Origin: Deltaproteobacteria bacterium
GTDB lineage: Bacteria > Desulfobacterota > Dissulfuribacteria > Dissulfuribacterales > UBA5754
Length of the DNA stretch: 64,000 bases
Assembly (NCBI GenBank): GCA_036574075.1
Contig: JAINCN010000025.1
Span: forward strand, 3,336-67,335
Direction: 5' to 3'
In this document: in pieces, positions 51,671-61,921 of the stretch
Position numbering within the stretch: the stretch's first letter is position 1
Layout: the number at the start of each line of letters is the position of its first letter
Notes under the pieces: generated by a model
The model's input: the letters and a program-made list of their open reading frames with translations, nothing else
What the model was told of the DNA's origin: nothing
Database searches by the model: none
Position numbers and translations under genes: made by a program

Positions 51671-51682
51671 CCTGAATCCGTG
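51671..51682 (+). repeat. isolated MITE terminal-repeat string
   Basis: CCTGAATCCGTG is identical to the left TIR of copies B and C, but it is followed by unrelated sequence. No right TIR is found downstream. Confidence 0.4.
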
Positions 51683-51802
51683 TGCCGAAAATGTGGCGTC
51701 CTGCGCCCTTCGGACTTGCAAGACCGATCTCGACGTGGAGAGGCTTCCCTCTGGCAAGCTCGACACCAATGCAAACGCCAAAGGATCAAGACGGTGCTCC
51801 AG

Positions 51803-51878
51803 CATGAGTAGGTTGGGTTGCCCGTCCGCCGCACCGCCACCAAACACAACCATCAATCGGGCAACCTAACATTTCCGC
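51803..51878 (+). repeat. direct repeat DR-left of the AT-rich cassette
   Basis: CATGAGTAGGTTGGGTTGCC ... GGCAACCTAACATTTCCGC matches 52772-52813, but carries ~37 extra nt between the two halves. Confidence 0.65.
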
Positions 51879-51887
51879 ACAGGCATG

Positions 51888-51919
51888 AAAAAACCGCCCT
51901 TGATGATTTGAGGGCGGTT
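51888..51919 (-). terminator. Rho-independent terminator of the cassette gene
   Basis: The minus strand reads AACCGCCCT-caaatcatca-AGGGCGGTTTTTTC. That is a 9-bp perfect stem, a 10-nt loop and a T-run, 48 nt after the stop at 51967. Confidence 0.65.
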
Positions 51920-51966
51920 CAAGTCGAGGATCAGGCGTAGGGGGAAGTGTTGGGTTGAAATCCGTC

Positions 51967-52593
51967 TTACCCTAACCACTGCCGAGGCTTAAAGCCTTCT
52001 GGGACGGTAAGCTCGAATAGATTGCCATGAATGCGGGCGGTGTAAAGCCCTGCAGCCTGGGCGGCTTCAGCCACGTTTTGATCCCAATCCACCCCAGCAA
52101 GGATACCCATACGCACCTTGCCCTGGGTCAATTCTGGCAGAAGCTCAGGCAGTTCATCCAATTGAGCCAAAAGCTGATCTACCGCCTCACGCTTGACCCT
52201 GCTTTTGACCTCTACCAGTACGATGCTCTTGACCTTGTCATTGGCCCAGGCCAGCACGTCGTACTCACGCTCTTTGCCTCGACTGCGTACCCGGTGACGG
52301 GGCGAGATGTGTTCCATGCCAAAGCGCTCTTCCAAGATGCGCTCTAAGGAGGGAAGGGCCATGCCTTCAGTGAAGTAACCAAATTTATCGCCAAGCCCAG
52401 CAATCTGCTTGCCCAGCTCCTTGATTTGCTGATCCGTCTCGCGGCTTTCTTCTCGCAGCTCTCGAATGAGACGATCCGTTTCCTGCATGCGGCGATCCGT
52501 TTCGCGACCTTGCTCTATAAGGCCTGCAAGCATAGCTTTGAGGTCATCCCAACTTAGTTCGGAGGTTGAGGTGGTCATCATGAGAATGCCCAT
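51967..52593 (-). CDS. coiled-coil + PD-(D/E)XK nuclease-like protein (DUF3782-like), cassette-borne
   Basis: 208 aa. The N-terminal half is a charged coiled coil (ETDRRMQETDRLIRELREESRETDQQIKEL). The C-terminal half has YDVLAWAND...IVLVEVKSRV, consistent with a D...(E)VK restriction-endonuclease-like core. Family assignment is from memory of the architecture and was not searched. Confidence 0.6.
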   Translation of the reverse strand: MGILMMTTSTSELSWDDLKAMLAGLIEQGRETDRRMQETDRLIRELREESRETDQQIKELGKQIAGLGDKFGYFTEGMALPSLERILEERFGMEHISPRHRVRSRGKEREYDVLAWANDKVKSIVLVEVKSRVKREAVDQLLAQLDELPELLPELTQGKVRMGILAGVDWDQNVAEAAQAAGLYTARIHGNLFELTVPEGFKPRQWLG

Positions 52594-52622
52594 TTTGTTT
52601 ATTGTTGTCTAAATAATAAAAA

Positions 52623-52651
52623 ATTCTAGATAGTTACAACTAAATTGTCAA
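52623..52651 (-). promoter_or_regulatory. near-consensus sigma-70-type promoter of the cassette gene
   Basis: The minus strand reads TTGACA - 17 nt - TAGAAT, about 30 nt upstream of the ATG at 52593. It is embedded in a stretch with 23 G+C in 100 nt (52601-52700, counted by hand). Confidence 0.5.
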
Positions 52652-52771
52652 GTACAAAAATGCTATTCTTTTTTTGAAAATATCATAAGCAGCATTCATC
52701 GGTACATCCGACAGGGCATGTTGCCGGCGGATTGGGGAGGTTTGCCGATTCAGTTACCCAAGGGCGTGGGC

Positions 52772-52813
52772 CATGAGTAGGTCGGGTTGCCATCGGCAAC
52801 CTAACATTTCCGC
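52772..52813 (+). repeat. direct repeat DR-right of the AT-rich cassette
   Basis: CATGAGTAGGTCGGGTTGCCATCGGCAACCTAACATTTCCGC contains the perfect hairpin GGTTGCC-ATC-GGCAACC and abuts the Nudix stop codon (52814). Confidence 0.65.
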
Positions 52814-53278
52814 TCAACCTTTCGATCTCACAGAATCCTTTCTGGACGCCGCGTAGTCATGGAGGATCCTGCGGTGGTCAAAGGCCATCTCGTCCGGAAG
52901 CCGGTCCACGGGAAAGACTGCTACTTCGGCAGCGTCGTCTCCTGCCCGGGGAGACCCTTGGGCGCGTGCAGTGAAAACGGTGCTGATGGTGTGAAGCCGC
53001 GGGTCCCGGGCCGGGTCCGAATAGACCCCGAGGAGGGACTGGATACGTACGGAAAGCCCGGTTTCCTCCAGGGCCTCACGTATTGCCGCCTCCTCCACCC
53101 GTTCTCCGTAGTCCACGAATCCGCCGGGGATGGCCCAGCCTGGGGGAGGATTTTTACGCCTGACAAGCACGATCCCACCCTCGACCTCGATGATGACATC
53201 CACGGTAGGGACAGGATTTTTGTAAATCTGGATCACCTCGCCGCATTTCGGGCAGGTGACGGTTCGAGAGACGCTCAT
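52814..53278 (-). CDS. NUDIX hydrolase
   Basis: Nudix box [24 protein letters not shown]. An N-terminal CPKCG zinc-ribbon remnant. 154 aa. Confidence 0.9.
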   Translation of the reverse strand: MSVSRTVTCPKCGEVIQIYKNPVPTVDVIIEVEGGIVLVRRKNPPPGWAIPGGFVDYGERVEEAAIREALEETGLSVRIQSLLGVYSDPARDPRLHTISTVFTARAQGSPRAGDDAAEVAVFPVDRLPDEMAFDHRRILHDYAASRKDSVRSKG

Positions 53279-54099
53279 GGCCTAAACCCCTGTAGGATCT
53301 CGGATAGTTCCCTGTGGATCAGGCGGTTGGTCGCCAGGATCTCCTGCAAGGACGGGTTATAGGGCCCGGATGCAAAGTCCGTGACCATGCCGCCTGCCTC
53401 TTCCACGAGCAGGAGGCCTGCGGCGGTGTCCCAGGGTTTGAGCTTCACCTCCCAGAATCCATCGAGACGTCCGGCAGCAACAAAGGCCAGATCCAGGGCC
53501 GCGGCCCCGGCCCTTCTGATGCCCTGGGCCTTTTTGATCACCGCTTGGAAGGCGGCCATGATGTGTTCGTGCGAGCTTCGAACGTCATACGGAAAACCCG
53601 TTCCCAAGAGGGCCACTTCCAGTTCCGCAATACGGGAAACCTGGATCCGTGTCCCGTTAAGCCATGCCCCGCAGCCCCTGACGGCGTGATAGATCTCCTC
53701 CTGCAGGGGCGCATAGACGACCCCGGCCTCGATCCCCGCCTCCTGGCCGAAGGCGATGGAGACCGCAAACCATGGGAATCCATGGGCGAAATTTGTGGTG
53801 CCGTCAAGGGGATCCACGATCCAGGATGCCCCTTGAGGGACATGACCTGTCGAGCTTTCCTCAGAAAGGACCGGGACTCCGGGCATGGATTCGCCAAGGA
53901 TCCCGAGGATCCTTTTTTCAGAGGCGATGTCCGCCTCAGTGACGAGATCAATGTCTCCCTTGTGCTGTATCCCGATGGGCCTGCCAAAGAGCCTCCGGAG
54001 GATGGCCCCGCCTTCGAGGGATGCCCGGAGGGCGGTCTCGAGGATAGGGCGAAGGTCTCTTCGGGGACAGGACTGAACGATTCGATCAATGCGCTCCAT
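53275..54099 (-). CDS. suhB: inositol monophosphatase family protein
   Basis: [11 protein letters not shown] and [12 protein letters not shown] motifs. Start at MERIDRIV (ATG at 54099); the ORF is open to 54222. Confidence 0.88.
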   Translation of the reverse strand: MERIDRIVQSCPRRDLRPILETALRASLEGGAILRRLFGRPIGIQHKGDIDLVTEADIASEKRILGILGESMPGVPVLSEESSTGHVPQGASWIVDPLDGTTNFAHGFPWFAVSIAFGQEAGIEAGVVYAPLQEEIYHAVRGCGAWLNGTRIQVSRIAELEVALLGTGFPYDVRSSHEHIMAAFQAVIKKAQGIRRAGAAALDLAFVAAGRLDGFWEVKLKPWDTAAGLLLVEEAGGMVTDFASGPYNPSLQEILATNRLIHRELSEILQGFRP

Positions 54100-55459
54100 G
54101 AACCGGCAGTATATCCCTCTCCCGCAACTCCTGGTATCCCCTCCGAATGAGCTCGGCGCGGACCCTGCCCGCCAGGTAGAGGGACCCTGAGACACATAGA
54201 ACCCTTTCTGGCCCGCACGCACCGAGCGCCCTGTCCAAGGCCAGGCGCCAGTCCCTTTCCAGGACGAAAGGAAAAGACAGGGGGATCTGTCTCCAGCCTT
54301 CCAGGGTGACCGGGGCCCTGGGACCTGGAGGTTCGGTGATGACGACCTGCTCGAAGGGGGGGGAAAGGGTCTCGATCATGCTGCCCACGTCCTTTCCCCC
54401 TCCCTCATCCGTGGCGGCGAAGAGGAGTGCCCCCAGGGGGCGGGTTGCGTAGATCCTGTCGAGGAAGGCGCGAAGGGCCGCGGCCCCGTCCGGGTTGTGG
54501 GCCCCGTCGAGAAGGACGGTGCGCTCTCCTTCAAGGAATTCGCACCTGCAGGGCCAGCGGACCGAGGCGCATCCCTGCCGGACGGCCTCGTCCCCGATGG
54601 GGATGCCGCACCCTTGCAGGACCTCGCATGTGGCAAGGGCCAGGGAAAGGTTCCTGACCTGGTGTCCGCCAGCAAGGATCGGTCTGATGCCGTCCATTCG
54701 GCGCCCCTTGCCTTTGTATGTTATGGATCCTCCGTCTTCGCAGGTACAGCAAAATTCCCGCCCCAGTTCACGGAGCGGGGCCGCAAGCCTTTGGCACGTC
54801 TCCCGGACGACCTTTCCTGGCTCCCCGTCCACGGCCCCGTTCACCACCGGGACGCCTGGTTTTATGATCCCAGCCTTTTCCTTAGCGATCTCCCGCAGGG
54901 TCCTTCCCAGATATTTCTCGTGGTCCCAGGCCACGTTCGTGATGACGGAGACAAGGGGGGTGACGACGTTCGTGGCGTCGAGCCTTCCTCCGAGCCCGGT
55001 CTCGAGGATCGCGATGGCCACCCCGCGCATTCGAAACCAGAGGAAGGCGAGGACGGTCGTGTACTCGAAGTAGGAGAGCTCGTATCCGGCCTCCACAAGC
55101 CCCCTGATCTCGCCCGCAAGTTTCGTGAATTCCTCCGGGCTGATCTCCGTCTCGCAGACACGGAACCTCTCCCGGACCGAGACCAGATGGGGCGAGGTAT
55201 AGAGCCCGACCCGGAGCCCTGCTGCGGTCAGGATGCTTGAAAGGGTTGCTGAGACCGACCCCTTGCCGTTGGTGCCTGCGATGTGGATGCACTGGAAGGA
55301 CCGCTCCGGCGCTCCGAGGGCAGCGAGTATCCGCTCCATCCTCTCGAGCCCGAGGCGGAATCCGTGGAACTGGAACGAGTTGAGATACTCTATGGCCTCC
55401 CTATAATGGGGGTCACGTGCGAGGAATTCATCCTCGTCCTGTATCCTGGATAAACCCAT
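54086..55459 (-). CDS. folC: bifunctional folylpolyglutamate synthase / dihydrofolate synthase
   Basis: HIAGTNGKGSVSA P-loop and the Mur-ligase fold. Start at MGLSRIQDEDEF (55459) or 7 codons upstream (55480). The remaining upstream ORF overlaps the cytochrome gene on the other strand. Confidence 0.88.
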   Translation of the reverse strand: MGLSRIQDEDEFLARDPHYREAIEYLNSFQFHGFRLGLERMERILAALGAPERSFQCIHIAGTNGKGSVSATLSSILTAAGLRVGLYTSPHLVSVRERFRVCETEISPEEFTKLAGEIRGLVEAGYELSYFEYTTVLAFLWFRMRGVAIAILETGLGGRLDATNVVTPLVSVITNVAWDHEKYLGRTLREIAKEKAGIIKPGVPVVNGAVDGEPGKVVRETCQRLAAPLRELGREFCCTCEDGGSITYKGKGRRMDGIRPILAGGHQVRNLSLALATCEVLQGCGIPIGDEAVRQGCASVRWPCRCEFLEGERTVLLDGAHNPDGAAALRAFLDRIYATRPLGALLFAATDEGGGKDVGSMIETLSPPFEQVVITEPPGPRAPVTLEGWRQIPLSFPFVLERDWRLALDRALGACGPERVLCVSGSLYLAGRVRAELIRRGYQELRERDILPVHGAH

Positions 55460-56831
55460 GGCGCCTGTACTCTGTGTCATTTTTGTTTTCTGCTGCCTTT
55501 CAGGCTGCGCGGTGGACCCATCCGGACCGGCCTTCGACCGGAAAGGATGCCGTGCGTGCCATCCTGTCATTCTGGATCCTGCCCACGATATCGGTTGTGT
55601 CAACTGCCACTCGGGCAGGCCAGAGGCGCAGGAGAAGGCCGTTGCCCACGAAGGGCTCGTTCCTCGGCCAGCCCACCCGTCATCCATGGATGCCGTGTGC
55701 GGAAGGTGCCACGCGGCTGAGACCGCCCGCGCCAAGACGTCCCCCCACTTTACCATGTCAGGCATGATTTCTGCAGTCTGGAGGGCCTTTTTCCCGGGGG
55801 AGACCATGGATCTCTCCCGGCTTCCCTCAGATGCTCCGCACAGCTCCCCTGAGGCCCTCGTGGGGGATCTACTTCGCAGACGCTGTTTGCTCTGCCACAT
55901 TGCAGTTTCTGGGGACGGCTACTCCGGCACACAGCGGGGGACAGGATGTGCAGCCTGCCACACGGTCCTTGCAAAAGACCCGCGTGACCACCGCTTTCGA
56001 AAAGGGGTGCCGGACGATCGGTGTCTGGCCTGCCACTACGGAAACTTCGTGGGTTGGGACTATTACGGCCGGTTCGAAAAGGACTTCGAGGAAGACTTTC
56101 GGGCCCCCCTTGTGCGCGGAGACCTTCCGGATCGGCCCTACGGGGTCGAGTGGCACGAGATGACACCGGATGTCCACAGGACCGCTGGCCTTTCCTGCTC
56201 GAACTGCCATCCTGGCGGACCCTGTACGGATGAAAGGGCGGTGTCCTGTCTGGAGTGCCACGAAGGTTCCACGCAGCGCGTTTCGCACCCCGGCCCCCTT
56301 CTCGATCTTAGCAGGGTCGGCCATCGCCAGGAGGACCGGGAACACGTGGACTGTGCGGTCTGCCATGCCGTCTGGTCCTTCCAGGACAGGGGAAGGAGCC
56401 TTGTACGCCAGGACGACCCGTTCTGGGGTGAATGGGTCTATTTGGCCGTCCAGGGAAGCCGTGAGGTGGAGCTCGCTGTGGAGAAGGCGGTCCGCTGCAA
56501 GGATCCTTCGGCTGCGGGATATATGCTGGACAGGCTCACAGGGGAGGCTCGGCCCGGCATCTGGTTTCAGCTCTTTGAAGAGCGCCGCTCTTGGCCTGTC
56601 CCCTTTGCAGAGGACCTTCAGGGCCGTCTCAGGGTGACGAGGCCGCTTCTCGATCTCCACCTGAGTTACATAGATGCGGACGGCAGGGCCATTTTCGATG
56701 GGCTTTCCCCAGCCCCGGATGCCAGGTCCATCCCTTATACGCCCCATACCGTGGGCAAGGCCGATCATTTTCGGACCCTGGCCGTGGCGAAGCGGCTGAT
56801 GGGGCGGTCAGAGAACAGGGATCATAGATGA
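55458..56831 (+). CDS. nine-heme c-type cytochrome lipoprotein
   Basis: Signal peptide MAPVLCVIFVFCCLSGC with lipobox LSGC. Nine CxxCH motifs (CRACH, CVNCH, CGRCH, CLLCH, CAACH, CLACH, CSNCH, CLECH, CAVCH) within the first ~300 aa, followed by a ~150-aa heme-free C-terminal region. Confidence 0.85.
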   Translation: MAPVLCVIFVFCCLSGCAVDPSGPAFDRKGCRACHPVILDPAHDIGCVNCHSGRPEAQEKAVAHEGLVPRPAHPSSMDAVCGRCHAAETARAKTSPHFTMSGMISAVWRAFFPGETMDLSRLPSDAPHSSPEALVGDLLRRRCLLCHIAVSGDGYSGTQRGTGCAACHTVLAKDPRDHRFRKGVPDDRCLACHYGNFVGWDYYGRFEKDFEEDFRAPLVRGDLPDRPYGVEWHEMTPDVHRTAGLSCSNCHPGGPCTDERAVSCLECHEGSTQRVSHPGPLLDLSRVGHRQEDREHVDCAVCHAVWSFQDRGRSLVRQDDPFWGEWVYLAVQGSREVELAVEKAVRCKDPSAAGYMLDRLTGEARPGIWFQLFEERRSWPVPFAEDLQGRLRVTRPLLDLHLSYIDADGRAIFDGLSPAPDARSIPYTPHTVGKADHFRTLAVAKRLMGRSENRDHR

Positions 56832-56949
56832 AAAACCCTTGCCCCTTTTTACCTGGATGGTGTAGTCTCACACCATTTTCTGCCCTTGCCGCGTTCTCTT
56901 GATCGACACGAGAGATCCGGAACGCGGCTGGCGATCTCGAGGAAGGACC

Positions 56950-58020
56950 ATGGAACAGATTGAACGCGATCTCGTACCCGAGGACCTCAGAAAACCTGTC
57001 CCACCTGCAAACAATCTCGGCTTCGGACGCCACTTCACCGATCACATGTTCCTGATGGATTTCCATCGGGGCCGAGGCTGGCACAGACCCCGGATTTGTC
57101 CCTTCGGCGATCTCTCTTTGAGCCCGGCCGCAGCCTGTCTTCACTACGCCCAGGCCATCTTCGAGGGCCTCAAGGCCTACCGGGGGGTGGACGGGCAGGT
57201 CCGCCTCTTCCGGGCGCGGGACAACATGGCCCGATTCAACCGCTCCGCCCATCGCATGTGCATGCCCGAGGTGGACGAGGCCTTTCTCCTCGATGCCATC
57301 AAGGCCCTTGTCATGGTGGAGAAGCGATGGATTCCTGGTGACCGGGGGACGTCCCTTTACATCCGGCCCTTCATGGTGGCAACCGAGGGTTTCCTTGGGG
57401 TGCGTCCGGCCGACGAGTATCTCCTTGCCGTCATCCTGAGCCCGGTCGGCGCATATTATTCCGAGGGTTTCAACCCCGTGAAGATCTTTGTCACCGACAC
57501 TTACGTCCGTGCGGCCAGGGGAGGTGTGGGGGAGGCCAAGACCGCAGGAAACTATGCGGCAAGCCTCATGGCCTCTGAAGAGGCAAAGAAACTCGGTTTT
57601 ACCCAGGTCCTCTGGCTTGACGCCGTACAGAGGCGCTATGTGGAGGAAGTGGGCACCATGAACATCTTCTTTCTTTTCGGTGAGACCCTCGTGACCCCGC
57701 GCCTTTCCGGAAGTATCCTGCCTGGGATCACCCGGGCCTCGGTCATTGACATTGCCCGGAGCTGGGGACTGGCCGTAGAGGAGCGGCTCGTCACCATCGA
57801 CGAGGTCATCGAAAGGGCCGGGGACGGCTCCCTTGTCGAGTGTTTCGGGACCGGCACGGCGGCGGTGATCTCTCCGGTGGGCGCCCTCCACTATAAGGGC
57901 CGGACGGTTGCTGTGAATGGAGGCAGCACCGGCCCTCTCGCCCAGCGGTTGTTTGACGAGATCACCGGGATCCAGTACGGAGTTCTGGAAGACCGGTTCG
58001 GCTGGACCGAGGTCCTCTGA
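56950..58020 (+). CDS. ilvE: branched-chain amino acid aminotransferase
   Basis: FGRHFTDHMF, YAQAIFEGLKAY and GEAKTAGNYAAS motifs (class IV, long form). ATG at 56950 after GGAAGGA. Confidence 0.92.
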   Translation: MEQIERDLVPEDLRKPVPPANNLGFGRHFTDHMFLMDFHRGRGWHRPRICPFGDLSLSPAAACLHYAQAIFEGLKAYRGVDGQVRLFRARDNMARFNRSAHRMCMPEVDEAFLLDAIKALVMVEKRWIPGDRGTSLYIRPFMVATEGFLGVRPADEYLLAVILSPVGAYYSEGFNPVKIFVTDTYVRAARGGVGEAKTAGNYAASLMASEEAKKLGFTQVLWLDAVQRRYVEEVGTMNIFFLFGETLVTPRLSGSILPGITRASVIDIARSWGLAVEERLVTIDEVIERAGDGSLVECFGTGTAAVISPVGALHYKGRTVAVNGGSTGPLAQRLFDEITGIQYGVLEDRFGWTEVL

Positions 58021-58093
58021 TGACATCTTGCCCTTGGGAATAACGGCCTGCCCCTTCTGCCAGCACGGCGCTCTCGATTTGCCCGGACAGGTG

Positions 58094-58822
58094 TCAGGAG
58101 AGTCCCCGTACTGCGAGCAGCCCCCCTGTAACGATCAGGAGGCAGTGTATCGCCCGTTCCAGCGCACCGGCCGGGATGCGTCCGGCCAGGAGGTGCCCCG
58201 CCCATACGGAGAGCAAGACCGCTGGCATGGACCGGACAAGTAGCTCGAGCACCTCGCGCGTCCAGAGCCCGGAAAGGCCTTGGGCCAGGGCGACGATAGC
58301 CCCTGTTGCGAGGAAATAGCCCTGTAGGGTCGCCCGGAACGCCTGGGCGTCCCATCCCCGAAGGAGCCCGTAGACCACGATCGGGGGGCCGTTCGTGTTG
58401 TATGCCCCCCCGAGCACCCCTCCGGCAAGGCCGAAGAAGGGCAAGAATCGGTCGTTCTGAAGGCGTCCGGGACGTCTTCCGGCAAGGCAAAGGGCCGAAT
58501 AACCCGCGATGATGAGGCCAAGACCCGTCTTGAGGTAGGATTCATGACCACCGGTGAGTAGCAGGAGCCCGACAGGGATCCCGGCCAGGGACCATGCGAA
58601 GAGTCGGATCGCCGGGCCGAGATGGATCGAGCGGTGTGTTCGGGCAAGTATGATCAGGCTGAAGAGGAGGGACTGGATCGCAACAAGCGGGGTCAAGACC
58701 GTCATGTCGAGAACGAGCGCTAGCAGGGGCATGGCGATGAGGGCGTTTCCAAAGCCACAGACCACGCGTACTAGCCCGGAAAGGGCCACGACGAGGAGTA
58801 CATATACGGTCTCTGTCTCCAT
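58094..58822 (-). CDS. TauE/SafE (TSUP) family anion exporter
   Basis: 242 aa, ~7-8 TM helices. GFGNALIAMPLL and GGVLGGAY motifs of the DUF81/TSUP family. Confidence 0.8.
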   Translation of the reverse strand: METETVYVLLVVALSGLVRVVCGFGNALIAMPLLALVLDMTVLTPLVAIQSLLFSLIILARTHRSIHLGPAIRLFAWSLAGIPVGLLLLTGGHESYLKTGLGLIIAGYSALCLAGRRPGRLQNDRFLPFFGLAGGVLGGAYNTNGPPIVVYGLLRGWDAQAFRATLQGYFLATGAIVALAQGLSGLWTREVLELLVRSMPAVLLSVWAGHLLAGRIPAGALERAIHCLLIVTGGLLAVRGLS

Positions 58823-58942
58823 ACCCAGCCATCCTCCCGGGAAGGCCTTGCGCCCTATGCGGCGAGATTTTTTTGTTTCTATTCACCCCTTCGGACACTG
58901 CAGGGAGTGCCGGGCGTCCTAGGCGCCGCCCTATTCCTTCCG

Positions 58943-61014
58943 TTACTGCCGGGGCTGAATGGCCGAGAGGTCCCCGATCCGTAGGAAGAGACGAGAGATG
59001 TGCCAGAGGAGGGCGAGGCGGTTTTTCCTGAGTGCGGCATCCTCTGCCATGACCATGATCGAGTCGAAGAATCGGTCGATGGGTGTCTTGAGCCCGATAA
59101 GGTGATCCATGGCCTCGGGGTATCGCCGTGCCTCGATTAGGGGATCGACAGCCCCTTCGGTCTTCAGGAAGGCGTCGTAGAGATCGCGTTCCTGGCCTTC
59201 CTTCAGGAGATCCGGGGAGACGGAGCCGCCGGTATAGCCCTTGAGGATATTCATGACGCGCTTGAAGGCCGCGCTCAGGTCTTCGAACTCCGGACTCGTG
59301 CGGGCCTCAGAGATGGCATGGATGCGGGCAAGGCAGTCAGGCACGTCACCGAATCCGGAACGGGTCGCGGCCTCGATGATGTCCGCATCCCTGCCCCGGG
59401 AGACGAGGTCGTGGTGGAATCTTCGAAGGAAGAACTGGAGGATCTCATCCGCAAGTCCTGGACGGAGGGGGAGATGGGGTTCGATCTGGAGAAGTGCCTC
59501 GCCGATGATGGTGGCAAGGGATAGGGAGATGCCGCGTCCCTCGAGGATGTGTATGATCCCAAGGGCCAGTCTCCTTAATCCGTACGGGTCGGCAGCGCCC
59601 GTGGGCTGGAGCCCGAGGGCGAAGGTGGCACAGATGGTGTCCATCTTGTCGGCGATGGCAAGGATGGCCCCTGCCGGGCTTGCCGGGAGGTCTCCGCCTG
59701 CACGTACGGGAAGGTAGTGCTCGGCAATGGCGTCCGCTACCCTTGGGTCTTCTCCGGATACACGCGCATACTCCCGGCCCATGACACCCTGGAGCGTGGG
59801 AAACTCGCCCACCATGCCCGAGACGAGGTCGGCCTTTGCAAGATGTGCGGCCCGTTCGACCACGGTCGTGAGATCCGGGGCGATTTCACGGGCGATGCGG
59901 CCGGCTGTTGTCTCCACGCGGCGGGTCTTGTCAAGGAGGGTGCCGAGGCCCTTGTGGAAGACGACCCCGCCGAGTCTGGGGACCAGGTCCTCGAGGGGCC
60001 GTTTCGTGTCCTCGTTGAAGAAGAATTCTGCGTCAGCAAGCCGGGCGGAGAGGACCCGTTCATGACCGGATCTCACGATGTCCGGCCTCTTCGAAAGGGT
60101 GTTGGTGATGGCGACGAAGTAGGGCATAAGCCGCCCCTTCCCGTCCACCACGGCGAAGTATTTTTGGTGCTCACGCATGGATGTGATGAGGACATCCCTG
60201 GGGAGTGCGAGGAACCTCTTGTCAAAGGAGCCGAGGATTGCCCTGGGCCATTCGGTGAGCCCTGCATTGACGCTGGCAAGCTCGTCGTCAGGGAGGATGG
60301 TGCCTCCGCATTCTGCTGCGGCCTTCTCCGCCTCGGCACAGAGGATGCGCCTCCGCTCATGCGCGTCCAGGATGACCCCCCTTTCTGCAAGGGCCTTCTT
60401 GAAACGTTCGAGATCCGAGGATGCGGGGAAGGATCCGGAAGAGGCGAAACGGTGTCCACGGCTCTCAGCGCCCGCCCTGATGCCTGCGATCTCGAAGGGG
60501 ATGACATCTTTTCCGTATATGGCGCAGATCCATCGAATGGGGCGTGCAAACCGCACATCAAAGTCACCCCATCGCATGGATTTTGCAAAGGGGATGGCGA
60601 GGACGAGCCGGGGGAGGAGGTCAGGAAGGATCTCGCGGGCCGGTCTTCCTGGGATGTGCTTCCGCGCAACCACGTAAGGGCCGCGTTCAGTCTCCTCGAT
60701 AGAGAGTTCGGAGACCGGTATCCCGTTGTTTCTGGCAAAGCCCTCGGCTGCCCTGGTGGGCAGGCCGTCCGGTCCAAAAGCCACCTTGGCAGGGGGGCCT
60801 ATGACCCTCTCGTCTAGGTCTTCGCTCGTTTCCGCAAGGGCGGAGACGGAAAGGACGAGGCGTCTCGGGGTGGCAAAGGTCCGAATCCCGCCGTGCCCCA
60901 GGCGGTGGGAGGAAAACCCTTCCCTGGCAAGGCGTTCCATGGCCTCTAAGGCAGGGGAGAGAAAGGAGGCAGGGAGTTCTTCGGTCCCGATCTCGAGGAG
61001 GAGGTTCTTGGCGG

Positions 61015-61018
<4 letters not shown>
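58943..61018 (-). CDS. glyS: glycine--tRNA ligase beta subunit
   Basis: 691 aa. [12 protein letters not shown] start, typical of GlyS. The glyQ stop overlaps its start. Confidence 0.95.
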
Positions 61019-61881
<863 letters not shown>

Positions 61882-61921
61882 GGAGAAAACGTCCTTTCAG
61901 ATCGGTTGCGTTGGGTAAGGA

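Noticed and set aside
51803-52813. Interpretation of the AT-rich cassette as a classical integrative element or prophage remnant.
   Set aside because: No integrase, excisionase, tRNA target or phage genes are present. Only a cassette-like insertion flanked by direct repeats is claimed.
55460-55900. 147-codon upstream extension of the folC ORF.
   Set aside because: It has no FolC-like sequence and overlaps the cytochrome c gene on the opposite strand. FolC homology begins at MGLSRIQ.
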